Origin: a virus
Lineage: Duplodnaviria > Caudoviricetes
Reading direction: 5' to 3' (one strand)
Length of the DNA: 35,689 nt
IMG/VR virus record: IMGVR_UViG_3300046710_000082
Coordinates: 1-35,689 of that record
The notes under the pieces are model-generated. The model was not told the origin of the DNA. It made no database searches and saw nothing but the letters and a program-made list of their open reading frames with translations. Of the stretch, positions 9,829 through 19,100 are shown piece by piece. Made by a program: the position numbers and the translations under genes. Positions within the stretch are counted from its first letter, which is position 1. Every line of letters begins with the position of its first letter.

Positions 9829-9992
9829 CCATGTTTCAGCAGTTCGGTGTGATGCCGCATGAGTTCCGAAGCCTGAGCGCTGATGACTGGGCTTTTGATA
9901 TGGAGATATTCACATCAAGAGCAGACAACCTTGAGAAGTGGAGCGAAGCGGCTGTAAAGCGGCTGGAAGAGAGGTTGCGAAATGGGCGTTGA
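9771..9992 (+). CDS. -1 frameshift extension of the tail chaperone (gpGT-like)
   Basis: In-frame slippery heptamer T TTT TTC at 9771-9777. The -1 frame is open to TGA 9990-9992 (..FREFILTMFQQFGVMPHEFRSLSADDWAFD..) and fills the gap to the tape measure gene. Confidence 0.8.
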   Translation, partial: FFRKNRATRIPREFREFILTMFQQFGVMPHEFRSLSADDWAFDMEIFTSRADNLEKWSEAAVKRLEERLRNGR

Positions 9993-11271
9993 ACAGACAA
10001 TAGGCATCTGGTACAAGATGTTTGGTGACCCCAAGGGCGCCAATGATGCTCTGGACAGTGTTGGCAAGAAGGGCAACCAAGTCGGAGCCATCATCAAGAA
10101 GGCGCTTGCGGTCATCTCCGTAGCGGCTGTTGGTGCGTTTGCAAACGCCTGTATCAACGCACAGGCTGAGAGTGACAGAACAGCCGCCATGCTCAACAAC
10201 ACCCTAAAAAGCGTGGGCGGCGCAACCGACAAGGTTGTTGCGTCCACAGAAGCGTGGGTTGACAAGATGGAGATGGCGAAGTCCTTTGATGATTCCCAAA
10301 TCCGTGCCGCGCTTCAGTCGCTGACAATCAAGTATGGTGATGTGGAGACGGCTCAGAAGGGCGTGACCGTTGCGATGGAAGCGGCACGCGCAAAGAACAT
10401 AGACCTTGCGACAGCCACACAGCAGGTGTATATGGGTTCACAGGGGCTTTCCAAGTCTCTGCGTGACTACGGCGTGGAAGTGGTGAAAGGAACAACCGCA
10501 TCGGGTTATCTGGATAAGATTCTTGGCAAAGTGGCTGGTTCCTCTGATACCTTCAACAAGTCTTTGGATGGCGCAAAGCAACGAATGGCGGTGTTGAAGG
10601 ATAATGTGATGGAATCAATCGGAAGCGCTCTCATGCCGCTTGCCACACTCCTGATGGAGAAACTGGCGCCTGTTGTCAAGAGTGTCATGGAGTTCGTTCA
10701 GAGGAACACGCCAGCCATCCAGAAGGGGCTTGCTTGGCTGGTAGAAACAGTGGGAAAGATGTATGTTGCCCTGAAGCCGACCATAGACGCCATCATTCAG
10801 ACGTTTGGCCCATACGTCAAAGACCTGTTCACATGGCTGGGAAAGCATGGCGGTGACCTTCAGAGTATTCTGGTCAAGGTTGCGGAAGCGATTGGTACTG
10901 CCTTCAGGATTGTCGCATCGGTCATCAAGGCAATCGTTGATTCCATCGCATGGGTTATCAACAACGCCAAGAAGGTCATTGACTTCCTCACACCAAACAC
11001 AAAAGCGGCAGACACAGCCTTTGGCGTGTTTGCACCGTCAACAAAGGGTGCAGTGCCACACGCTTCAGGCGGCTGGGCTGGTCTGAACGGGCCAGAACTG
11101 TCTCTGCTGGGTGAGCGTGGGCCAGAGCGCGTCATGAGCAACAAGGAAGTTGTTGACAACAGCGCTTCCCTGAACAACATCGCAAGGAAGTTGGACACGC
11201 TCATCTCTGTCACGGTTCAGATTCCGTATGGCATCGGCTCTGCCCTGAATGGGATAGGAAGGTCAATATGA
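9982..11271 (+). CDS. Tape measure protein (short, 429 aa)
   Basis: Ala-rich helical protein with periodic W/F repeats and C-terminal HASGG..GPE..GERGPE motif; canonical position. Confidence 0.88.
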   Translation: MGVEQTIGIWYKMFGDPKGANDALDSVGKKGNQVGAIIKKALAVISVAAVGAFANACINAQAESDRTAAMLNNTLKSVGGATDKVVASTEAWVDKMEMAKSFDDSQIRAALQSLTIKYGDVETAQKGVTVAMEAARAKNIDLATATQQVYMGSQGLSKSLRDYGVEVVKGTTASGYLDKILGKVAGSSDTFNKSLDGAKQRMAVLKDNVMESIGSALMPLATLLMEKLAPVVKSVMEFVQRNTPAIQKGLAWLVETVGKMYVALKPTIDAIIQTFGPYVKDLFTWLGKHGGDLQSILVKVAEAIGTAFRIVASVIKAIVDSIAWVINNAKKVIDFLTPNTKAADTAFGVFAPSTKGAVPHASGGWAGLNGPELSLLGERGPERVMSNKEVVDNSASLNNIARKLDTLISVTVQIPYGIGSALNGIGRSI

Positions 11272-13001
11272 GCATCGTAGTCAAGTACAGCGACCTCTCT
11301 ACCTATTCGTTTGAGGCATCCGTTGTCAAGGTTCACGATACACAGGACGTGACGCAGTACCACATCCCGTTCACACAGAGGAATCTGGCAATACGGCTTG
11401 GGCTTTCCTTTCAGGAGATAACCATAACCTGCGACCAGTTGAGCAAGACGGCGTGCAAGTGGTGGGATGTTATCGCTATATCTCTTGATAGCGGCACATC
11501 CTATCAGACCGTGTACTTTTCGTCATCCGACCTGAACGATGACCGATGGAGCGCCATCTATCCGTACAGCGTGTTGCTGATTGCCTCTCCGTTGAAGGAA
11601 CAGGCTGCTGTCCGCTATCCCACCACTGGCTACAAGTGGGGTCTTCAGAGCATCACAGGTATCAGCCAAGCGGGCAACGTCTCAGCCTTTCCAATCATCC
11701 ACTACTTGGCGCCTCTCTTTTTCGCACCGCTTAGCAACACGCTCATAGACTTCGCCGGACAGTCAGTCACCTTTACGCGTACAGCCTCAAAGGTACATGC
11801 TGGCGTAACCTATGGTGTCAACGTCCCCATCTTTGACAGTGGTCTGTACCTTGCCTCTGATACCGCGCAGGACGTGGCAACGTGGACACCTGTTGCTTCT
11901 ACGCTGAAGACCATCGCCATGCAAATCAAGTCACGGTATCCGAGTCTGTGGTCAATTGGTGGTGGCGGGGTCAACCTCCTGACAGCAAACCAGAGTAACG
12001 CAGAGACAAACACGACGGGAGTGGCGGGGAACATCGGGACACTCACACGCAATACGACCACACCGCTTGTCGGAACTGGCGATTTCAAGTTGGTTGCTGG
12101 AGCGGGTGCTGAGGATTTTATCGCAACGACGACAAAAGCAACCGTTACTGCTGGAGCATTGTACAACTTTCAAGCATTGGTCAAAACAAGTGGTATGGCC
12201 GCTGGAAGGTTGTTGGGAATAACTGCGGTATGGTATATGGCAGATGGGACAACAGTTGTTTCAGTCACAGGTGAGGGTGTTGGAAGGGTGGCAGTCTCTT
12301 CTTCATGGTCAACACCATACCGTTTTTCTGTCCACATGTTAGCACCAGCCCTTGCAGCAAAGGTTGTCATGCGCCTCAAAATCTACAATCCTGCTGCTGG
12401 TGAAATCGTCTATGCCGACAGTCTCATGGTTGAATATGTCCCGTTCAGCACAACCCTCTGGACCGCTGGAGCCAACACGCTGGCAGTCGGTCTTGGAACT
12501 AACCTATTGACTTGGACAGATTGGACCACAACGGTCTCTCTTGCCCTTCCTGCGGAATATGTGGCTGGTATGGTCATAGATGTAGTAGTGATAGAGAACC
12601 CCGCTCATGCCGTCACCATCGCAGTACATTCGGCTGGTGGGGCATGGACATCCGCATCTGGAACACTCGCGAACATTGTGTGGCCCCAGTTGACCCTTGG
12701 CAACCTTGAAGGCTCCATTGCCAACCTCGTCCAGTTTCCCTACGTCCTGTCCAGCGCAGAATATCAAGCCCTTGCGTATTCCTCACTGTCGCTGTTGTTC
12801 AATTCGTTGTACATCGGCAACAAGTACGCGGGTGAGGTCATCAAAGGCTCCAATGGAAGGCTTGTCAATGCCAGTGGAAGCGACATCAGTGCCTTACTCG
12901 GAGGTACCGACATTGCCATTGGTTCAGCAGCAGTCGCCATCGCACAGAGTCAAGGATTGTCAGCACGCTGGTACGTGGAACTCCAAAGGACGGACGTATG
13001 A
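11268..13001 (+). CDS. Distal tail (Dit-like) protein with inserted carbohydrate-binding-like module
   Basis: Directly after the tape measure gene. The internal NLLT.NQSNAE..VYADSLMVE segment resembles CBM4/9-type jelly-roll modules. Confidence 0.6.
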   Translation: MSIVVKYSDLSTYSFEASVVKVHDTQDVTQYHIPFTQRNLAIRLGLSFQEITITCDQLSKTACKWWDVIAISLDSGTSYQTVYFSSSDLNDDRWSAIYPYSVLLIASPLKEQAAVRYPTTGYKWGLQSITGISQAGNVSAFPIIHYLAPLFFAPLSNTLIDFAGQSVTFTRTASKVHAGVTYGVNVPIFDSGLYLASDTAQDVATWTPVASTLKTIAMQIKSRYPSLWSIGGGGVNLLTANQSNAETNTTGVAGNIGTLTRNTTTPLVGTGDFKLVAGAGAEDFIATTTKATVTAGALYNFQALVKTSGMAAGRLLGITAVWYMADGTTVVSVTGEGVGRVAVSSSWSTPYRFSVHMLAPALAAKVVMRLKIYNPAAGEIVYADSLMVEYVPFSTTLWTAGANTLAVGLGTNLLTWTDWTTTVSLALPAEYVAGMVIDVVVIENPAHAVTIAVHSAGGAWTSASGTLANIVWPQLTLGNLEGSIANLVQFPYVLSSAEYQALAYSSLSLLFNSLYIGNKYAGEVIKGSNGRLVNASGSDISALLGGTDIAIGSAAVAIAQSQGLSARWYVELQRTDV

Positions 13002-15757
13002 CCATAAACCTCACGACAACACAGGTTCAGGAGCGGCTCACCGTCACACTCACCTGTGCCAGTGCTGCCAGTCTGCCCTCTGCCACGATTGTTGTGGACG
13101 GCAAGGCACACACTGGTATCTGGATATCCGGTTTCTACGTCTTTTCCTATGACATTGCCTTGGAGCGCGGCTCGCACAGCATCTACGCTCAGGCAACCGA
13201 TTCAGGTGGTACGGTCACAACAAACCCGATTGTGTGCGTCATGGCGTATGAACTCACAGACTATGGAATTGACCTTTTCAGCAGCGATGCCAAACTGGAT
13301 GCGTTCAACATCGTTCTGCATGATGCGCTACTTCCGAATCTTCCAACTCTGAACTTTGCTTGCGCGGCTCTCCTGAGCGGAGCAATTGGCGTGGTCATCA
13401 GGGAACGCGGATTGAGGCAATATCAGTTCACCGTCATCACCGTGAACCTCTCCAATGGTCTGTATCAGTATGTTTGCGATGCCACAGAAAAGTATGCGTT
13501 GACTTCTGCAATTCTGGCACTCCAAACAGCCTATGGAAGCACAGCAAACGCCATTCGGCTGATTGTTCCATCATTGAACATTGTTGACATGAGGGCGTGG
13601 GTAGGTTCCACAGTGAACCTCATTAGCAACAGCACGTTTGAGACGAATATTGATGGATGGATAGGAGTTGTTGGCGCCATACTTTCTCGTGAGACAGCCG
13701 CTCCATTGGCAGGAACTGGCTCATTGAAAATCCTGAATACAATTGACAACGGGCAAACCTCAACTCCAATAACGACCATCCCAGGTCATCAGTATTTGGT
13801 GACTTGTCGTGCCAAGTCCACAGCGGCGGCAGGACGGGGCAGTTGTCTGATTGCAACGACTGGTGGAGATATCTTTGGGGAACCAGTTGATTGTTCTACA
13901 GAAGCAACACTCACCCTCATCTTCACTTCTGCTGCCGTGTCAAAACGCATAATAGCGATGCTGAGCGGTGGTGCGGCGGGTGAGAGTCTTGTTATAGACA
14001 GCGTTGTCTGTTATGACCTTACCATTGGGGGCAATGTAAATCTCTTGGAACAGACAACCTATCCACAGACGTACAGAAACATCCAGCCTGTGGACGTCAT
14101 TGACCAACTCATGATTCAGGCTCTCGCACAAGCAAGTGTGAGGAACGGCAACCTGTACGCTTATCCATTGGATGTTTCAGCACAGATACCTGATTCTCAC
14201 ATGCAGCGCCTTGTTCCGTTCACAGGTTGGCAACGTGATGACGATATTTATGGAGCGGTTGTTGCACACTACATTGTGGGGCAATACCCATTATCTGATA
14301 CAGTTCTGACGCTGAACGACGCTGGAAACTGGACAGGCACAGTCACGGATGTCACGGAAGTCGCAACGACCCTGCTTCCACCACCATCTGGTGCGCGTGG
14401 AATGCTCCACGCAAACGGGAACATATCACGGGCTGGATTGAACACGCTGTTTCAATACTTTGACAGAATTGAGTGCAACTGGAATCCTGTCACAGCAACC
14501 TCTGTAACCATCTCACTTCAGCAGGACGCAAATAATAAGCTGGAACTGACCCACACGTTCGCAGGGCAAACGGGTTGTGGCTTCATCCTGAACACTGGAA
14601 TCGCGTCAACAGATGTTCTCACAAAGAACATCGCGCTCAGTCCTGTCCAATACGTCACACAAGTCACAGGAACCACGACAGCCAACTGTTCCTATCGTGT
14701 GACCTTGCTCAATGCTGGTGGCGCGGTCATCTGGCAGGACGTGTGGCGTAATACCATCGGAGACACATTTGAAGTAGATGCACCCACGAACATCAGCCAA
14801 GCAACGACTGTCAGGATTGAGTTCACTGACTTGTACCTCATCGAAGCGAACTATGGTGTCCAAGCCATCACCTGCGTCATCACTGTGCAGACATGGAGCG
14901 CGGTTGGGTCACATGACCAAATTGTCTCTTCAACATCCAAGACAGTTGCGATGGCGTTCTCTGGTAGCGACTGGGGAAACGGAACTGCTCCAACGCTTCT
15001 TTTCATTGTTCCGACTCTCACAGGGAGCCAGTGGTATGAGGTCATCCCTGTACAGCCAACAAATACAACCTGCTGGCTGCAATTCTACATCAACTTTCCA
15101 CCGATAACAGGGATGCCACGACAGGCTTCAGGCTGGGGGCTGACAATCGCTGGCCCCTATGTGTATTGGTATGTTGCCTTTGGCGGCATCGCAAACTATA
15201 TGCTCATAGCTGGTGGTATCAGCGCAACGCTCATCATCCATGAAACCATCACAGATTATGCGTGGGTATCTTCTGTTTTCGCTTGGTCTGCCGCCTTCAA
15301 TCTCTTTGAGAGCATCAGCCTTCCGCTGAACATGATGGTACGCACTGGCAACCCTGTAACCCTTCAGGCGATTGTGTTGACCTTCAGTGGCGACAACTAT
15401 TTGGACACCTTGACGCTTGTGGCCGACAACCCTGTACCAATCACCGTCCAAGCAGGAACAGGGCGTCCATTTGTTGTGACGGATGACTTCGGCTCTCAGG
15501 CAGGAGCGTTGGCATACGCAAACGGGCTTTTACCCATCGTTTCAGTGCCACGGGAAGAATACACAAGGGATGTGTCTCTTGCAACAGACCTCAGTGTGGG
15601 CGATACTGTCAGTGGAGACGGCGTGAACTATACTGTCTATGCTGTGGATTACAGACCTGACGGGAAAACGATTGCGGCTGGACGGGCGATGGACACGCTG
15701 GTCACACGGCTTCAGGAACAGGCACGGCGCTTGGATATTCTGCAAAGGCAGGTGTGA
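12998..15757 (+). CDS. Tail tip / baseplate hub / host-recognition protein
   Basis: 919 aa, Thr-rich beta protein; N-terminal Ig-like segment, CBM-like NLISNSTFE..LVIDSV insert, C-terminal LSVGDTV OB-like end and short coiled coil. Confidence 0.7.
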   Translation: MTINLTTTQVQERLTVTLTCASAASLPSATIVVDGKAHTGIWISGFYVFSYDIALERGSHSIYAQATDSGGTVTTNPIVCVMAYELTDYGIDLFSSDAKLDAFNIVLHDALLPNLPTLNFACAALLSGAIGVVIRERGLRQYQFTVITVNLSNGLYQYVCDATEKYALTSAILALQTAYGSTANAIRLIVPSLNIVDMRAWVGSTVNLISNSTFETNIDGWIGVVGAILSRETAAPLAGTGSLKILNTIDNGQTSTPITTIPGHQYLVTCRAKSTAAAGRGSCLIATTGGDIFGEPVDCSTEATLTLIFTSAAVSKRIIAMLSGGAAGESLVIDSVVCYDLTIGGNVNLLEQTTYPQTYRNIQPVDVIDQLMIQALAQASVRNGNLYAYPLDVSAQIPDSHMQRLVPFTGWQRDDDIYGAVVAHYIVGQYPLSDTVLTLNDAGNWTGTVTDVTEVATTLLPPPSGARGMLHANGNISRAGLNTLFQYFDRIECNWNPVTATSVTISLQQDANNKLELTHTFAGQTGCGFILNTGIASTDVLTKNIALSPVQYVTQVTGTTTANCSYRVTLLNAGGAVIWQDVWRNTIGDTFEVDAPTNISQATTVRIEFTDLYLIEANYGVQAITCVITVQTWSAVGSHDQIVSSTSKTVAMAFSGSDWGNGTAPTLLFIVPTLTGSQWYEVIPVQPTNTTCWLQFYINFPPITGMPRQASGWGLTIAGPYVYWYVAFGGIANYMLIAGGISATLIIHETITDYAWVSSVFAWSAAFNLFESISLPLNMMVRTGNPVTLQAIVLTFSGDNYLDTLTLVADNPVPITVQAGTGRPFVVTDDFGSQAGALAYANGLLPIVSVPREEYTRDVSLATDLSVGDTVSGDGVNYTVYAVDYRPDGKTIAAGRAMDTLVTRLQEQARRLDILQRQV

Positions 15758-15758
15758 T

Positions 15759-16097
15759 ATGTACATCAGGGCAAAGATGGATGCGTTCCTTGACCCGTCT
15801 GCTGGTGGGCTGGACAGCATATCGGCAGAACCACTCAGGACATGGCGCGTGACGGGAACAGATGAGGCAATAGAGGCATTCCGTTCTGCGGTTGGCGGTG
15901 TCGTTGTTCCCGATGAGGACATTGTAGGAGTATTGGATGCCGCTGTCGTTGCGCAGCAGGTGGCAAAGAAACAAGAGCAGGTGGCAGTCCTACAAGCGAA
16001 CTTGGATGCGGCAACGGCAGAATTGACGGATTTGCAGAAGGTAGCGGCAGTCACCCTGATGATTCCAGTTGAACTGGTAGATGTGAAAGCGACATGA
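15759..16097 (+). CDS. Hypothetical protein with C-terminal coiled coil (tail-associated)
   Basis: AGGTG RBS, ATG 15759, packed after the tail-tip gene. Confidence 0.6.
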   Translation: MYIRAKMDAFLDPSAGGLDSISAEPLRTWRVTGTDEAIEAFRSAVGGVVVPDEDIVGVLDAAVVAQQVAKKQEQVAVLQANLDAATAELTDLQKVAAVTLMIPVELVDVKAT

Positions 16098-16183
16098 AGT
16101 TCCCAGTGTGGATGAAGATTGTGGCGTGGGCTGTTCTCATCGCTGTGGTATTGGTGGACGCGATGATTCTCTGTAACTTATAA
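16094..16183 (+). CDS. Small membrane peptide (29 aa, MKFPVWMKIVAWAVLIAVVLVDAMILCNL)
   Basis: ATGA overlap with the upstream stop, one hydrophobic helix, fills the gap before the lysis genes. Confidence 0.5.
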   Translation: MKFPVWMKIVAWAVLIAVVLVDAMILCNL

Positions 16184-16197
16184 ATGTGGAGGGTGTG

Positions 16198-16596
16198 ATG
16201 GGCGATGATGATGAGAAGTTCCAGCGCAACGCAGAACTGACAGAGGCAAACGCTAATGCCATTGCGATGTTCAGAAAAGACATGGCGGCATCTGAGGAAA
16301 AACGGGAATCAAAGTTGAACGGAATGACCGTCATTCTCAACAACGTGGTCAAGGTTCTCGACCAGATAACCTATCGGATGGACGTGCCACAACTCGGAAT
16401 CTCTGATAGGCTCAATGGGCTGGATGAAAGCCAGAAAACGATGGCAAAGATATTGGGTGAAGTTCAGGCTGTCCTTGGTCCATTGGTTGAAGCATCCAAG
16501 CAAACTCGGAAGTGGGTGGACTACGTTATTGGTGGTGTGGTCATCTACACTCTCACACGGTTGCTGCCATACATCGGGCAGTTGCTACAAAAGTGA
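16198..16596 (+). CDS. Coiled-coil protein with C-terminal transmembrane helix (lysis module, XhlA/holin-like architecture)
   Basis: GGAGG RBS; C-terminal WVDYVIGGVVIYTLTRLLPYIG; directly upstream of the endolysin. Confidence 0.6.
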   Translation: MGDDDEKFQRNAELTEANANAIAMFRKDMAASEEKRESKLNGMTVILNNVVKVLDQITYRMDVPQLGISDRLNGLDESQKTMAKILGEVQAVLGPLVEASKQTRKWVDYVIGGVVIYTLTRLLPYIGQLLQK

Positions 16597-16623
16597 CGGC
16601 TCACGGAGCCATAGGAGGCTGGT

Positions 16624-17319
16624 ACGAACATCATTCAGAAAGCATCACCCAACAAAGACGTTGGCAGGGATGGGTGGAAGCCCGACATCATCGTCTGCCA
16701 TATCACGGAAGGCTCCTTTGCAGGGGCTGTCTCGTGGTTGTGTACTCCAACGGCTCAGGTGTCTTCTCACTTTGTCGTGGCTCAGGATGGCAGGGTGACA
16801 CAACTTGTTCCGCTCAAAGACACGGCGTGGGCGAATGGCACAAGCGACAAGACATCGGATGGCAACTACTATGGTCACTCATCCATTCTTGCCGTGGTCA
16901 GCCGCAAGACCAATGCGAACAAGTACACCATCTCCATTGAGCATGAGGGTGTCTACGCCACAACGCACGGTGTCCTGACGCAGAAGCAGTTGGCGGCAAG
17001 CATTGACCTCATCGCTTGGATTCGTGCGGAAGTCAAGCGCATCTACGGCGTGGTTATCCCGTTGGACAGGGCGCACATTGTCGGACACAACCAGATTTCG
17101 CCTATCAACAAGCCGACCTGTCCAGGCATGGGCTTTCAGTTTGACAGCATCATCAAGGTGCTGAAGGACAGGGAAGCGGCTGTACCAGTGGTCACAATAG
17201 CGCAGGTGCAGAAGTGGTGCGCTGATGAAGGACTTATCGGATTGGCAGCCAAAGGAGATGCGCCTGTCACCTGTGACGTGCTTCGCTGGTTCGCATACAA
17301 ACTGGGTCACAAGACCTAA
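16624..17319 (+). CDS. Endolysin, N-acetylmuramoyl-L-alanine amidase (Amidase_2); apparent ACG start
   Basis: IIVCHITEG, SSHFVV, AWANG, ISIEHEG, IVGH and TCPG zinc-amidase motifs. The frame is closed by TAG at 16612-16614, and AGGAGG at 16613-16618 precedes ACG at 16624. Confidence 0.9.
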   Translation, partial: TNIIQKASPNKDVGRDGWKPDIIVCHITEGSFAGAVSWLCTPTAQVSSHFVVAQDGRVTQLVPLKDTAWANGTSDKTSDGNYYGHSSILAVVSRKTNANKYTISIEHEGVYATTHGVLTQKQLAASIDLIAWIRAEVKRIYGVVIPLDRAHIVGHNQISPINKPTCPGMGFQFDSIIKVLKDREAAVPVVTIAQVQKWCADEGLIGLAAKGDAPVTCDVLRWFAYKLGHKT

Positions 17320-17329
17320 AGGAGCAACT

Positions 17330-17659
17330 ATGAGTTCAGCATGGAATATTCTTGTGGGATTGCTTGTCACCGTCATCACCTTCCTGTTCTCTCAGTGGAG
17401 CATCAAGGGCAAGTATGAACCGATTGGAACCGCCTTGAAGGGTGTGATGGCGATTGTCGTTGCGTTCATCCTGTCCGTTGTTCAAGGGCTGGTCACAGGA
17501 GAGGTTGTCTGGAACACCGTTTGGGCTTCCCTTCCTGCGATTGTCGGATGGGCGATGGGCTTCTATGGTGTCATCATCAAACCGATAGACAAGGCGGTTG
17601 AAGCCGCCAAAGCCACCAAACCTACAACTGATGATTATATCAACCCGAAGACCAGCTGA
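17330..17659 (+). CDS. Holin (putative, three hydrophobic segments)
   Basis: AAAGGAG RBS, 109 aa, three TM-like helices, charged C-terminus, adjacent to the endolysin. Confidence 0.75.
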   Translation: MSSAWNILVGLLVTVITFLFSQWSIKGKYEPIGTALKGVMAIVVAFILSVVQGLVTGEVVWNTVWASLPAIVGWAMGFYGVIIKPIDKAVEAAKATKPTTDDYINPKTS

Positions 17660-17900
17660 CCGTGCAACCGAATGACCTTCTGCGTGAGGATGCCGACCAC
17701 AACCTGATAGACGCAGATGATATAGTCATCGTGGAACGTGCGAAGTTTACAGCCGTGTCGTGGGCTGCTTGCGACCTGTGAAACAAGGGCAAACGTGCTG
17801 AATGGGCTGACAGAGCCACGTTCATAGCCAGCGCTGAGGTCATCTCTAATAAGGGTGAACCCGTACCAGCATAAGGCGCTGGCAGTCACACACTCTCCGC

Positions 17901-17925
17901 AAAGCCCCTGTACGCCGGGGGCTTT
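17901..17925 (+). terminator. Intrinsic terminator ending the late operon
   Basis: AAAGCCCCTG-tacgc-CGGGGGCTTT hairpin between the lysis genes and the first early promoter. Confidence 0.7.
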
Positions 17926-18012
17926 CTGCTTGTCCTGAACAGCGTCTCATCAAATAAGAATATATTATGAAGGGCGTCCAGGGCTGTTGTCGGCTACAGG
18001 CGCGGTGAGGGC

Positions 18013-18040
18013 TTGACATAAAAACTTTATACGCTATTAT
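18013..18040 (+). promoter_or_regulatory. Sigma70/SigA-type early promoter
   Basis: TTGACA-N16-TATTAT in an AT-rich intergenic region at the start of the early module. Confidence 0.7.
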
Positions 18041-18045
18041 TTAGG

Positions 18046-18300
18046 TGTGGCTGATAACTGCAGCATCTGAAAGACGCGCCTTGAAAGGAACCGCGAAGGT
18101 CAAGAAGCCCAAAGAACCACCAAAGGCACCTTCTGAAGCGGCCAAGCACTCCGAGTGCTGGTGGAATTCCTGCAGTGAAAGCAGTGTGGGCAATCCAGCA
18201 GAGAGCGTGACGACCACGAATGAATTGAACGGAGCCGCTGTCCTGGGCAGTTGGCTCCTTTGAGTTCACTCGCAAGAGCGCTGAGGCGCAAAGGAGACGG
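18046..18300 (+). ncRNA. Candidate structured leader / ncRNA
   Basis: About 250 nt between the promoter and the first RBS, with nested stems (ACTGCAG/CTGCAGT, CCACCA/TGGTGG, long hairpin 18221-18268) and several GNRA-like loops. Confidence 0.5.
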
Positions 18301-18302
18301 TG

Positions 18303-18548
18303 ATGACACGCAACCAGTTGGTCAAGGCAATCAATATCACGCTTGATGAAGGGCTTGTTGACGGCAAGTTCTCTGACCTGTGGCTGGCGCGCATCCAGAC
18401 GTTGCATGGGATGGCGCTTGATTCCGCAGACTGTGTGGTGAAGGAAGGTGGCTGGAAGATGGTGGCGGCGATGAAGGCCTGGGATAAGGGCAACGATGAC
18501 ACGGCACTTGTGGCGGCGCTCAGAAGCGTCAAGGAGATGCTGATATGA
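18303..18548 (+). CDS. Hypothetical early protein
   Basis: CAAAGGAGACGG RBS; first ORF of the early operon. Confidence 0.7.
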   Translation: MTRNQLVKAINITLDEGLVDGKFSDLWLARIQTLHGMALDSADCVVKEGGWKMVAAMKAWDKGNDDTALVAALRSVKEMLI

Positions 18549-19093
18549 CCAGATACGGATTCAGGTGTACGCTTGCACGGCTTGGCTTTGACCTTGACCA
18601 CGACACTGATTCAGCGATTTGGGAGCCTTGGATTGCACAGCGTCTTTATGAGGCTGAGAAGTCCATCGGTCTGCAAAAGGCTGTCATCCGTGTGCGCTCT
18701 GCGATTCGGATGTACGACATGACCAAGGATGCACCGCACGCCAAGAACCACTTGGCAGCGGCAGTCCAAGCAGTGAACCTCAATCTGGCTCAGAAGTCCT
18801 GCACCACATTCGCAACAACGTCAAAGGAGACAGCCGTGAAGACAATCAAAGTCAATCTGTCCGTAGCACAGAAGCAGGAACTGAAGGACGCAATCACTGG
18901 TCTGAAGCGCCTTCTGAACAAGAGCGTTCCATTCACAGCCTACAGTGCCACATGGGAACTGTACGGTGTCTACAGCCACATTGGTTCAGTCTACTTCGCT
19001 GTGCGCGACACGGCAGAAGCGGACAAGAAGGCGATTGAGGCTGGTGTTGCCGCCATGAGGGTTGAGGACACGGCAAACCTCACGAGCAAGTAG
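18545..19093 (+). CDS. Hypothetical early protein (possible internal in-frame start at 18836)
   Basis: ATGA coupling; an internal CAAAGGAGAC precedes an in-frame GTG at 18836. Confidence 0.65.
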   Translation: MTRYGFRCTLARLGFDLDHDTDSAIWEPWIAQRLYEAEKSIGLQKAVIRVRSAIRMYDMTKDAPHAKNHLAAAVQAVNLNLAQKSCTTFATTSKETAVKTIKVNLSVAQKQELKDAITGLKRLLNKSVPFTAYSATWELYGVYSHIGSVYFAVRDTAEADKKAIEAGVAAMRVEDTANLTSK

Positions 19094-19100
19094 AGTATAA

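Noticed and set aside
12998-15757. Diversity-generating retroelement targeting the tail protein
   Set aside because: No reverse transcriptase and no template/variable repeat pair seen.
17786-17830. c-di-GMP-I riboswitch
   Set aside because: GGCAAAC is present but the GAAA tetraloop, GACGCAAA and receptor elements are not.
18045-18263. 72-aa ORF at the start of the early operon
   Set aside because: No RBS, starts at or before the predicted transcription start, low-complexity product; the structured RNA explanation fits better.
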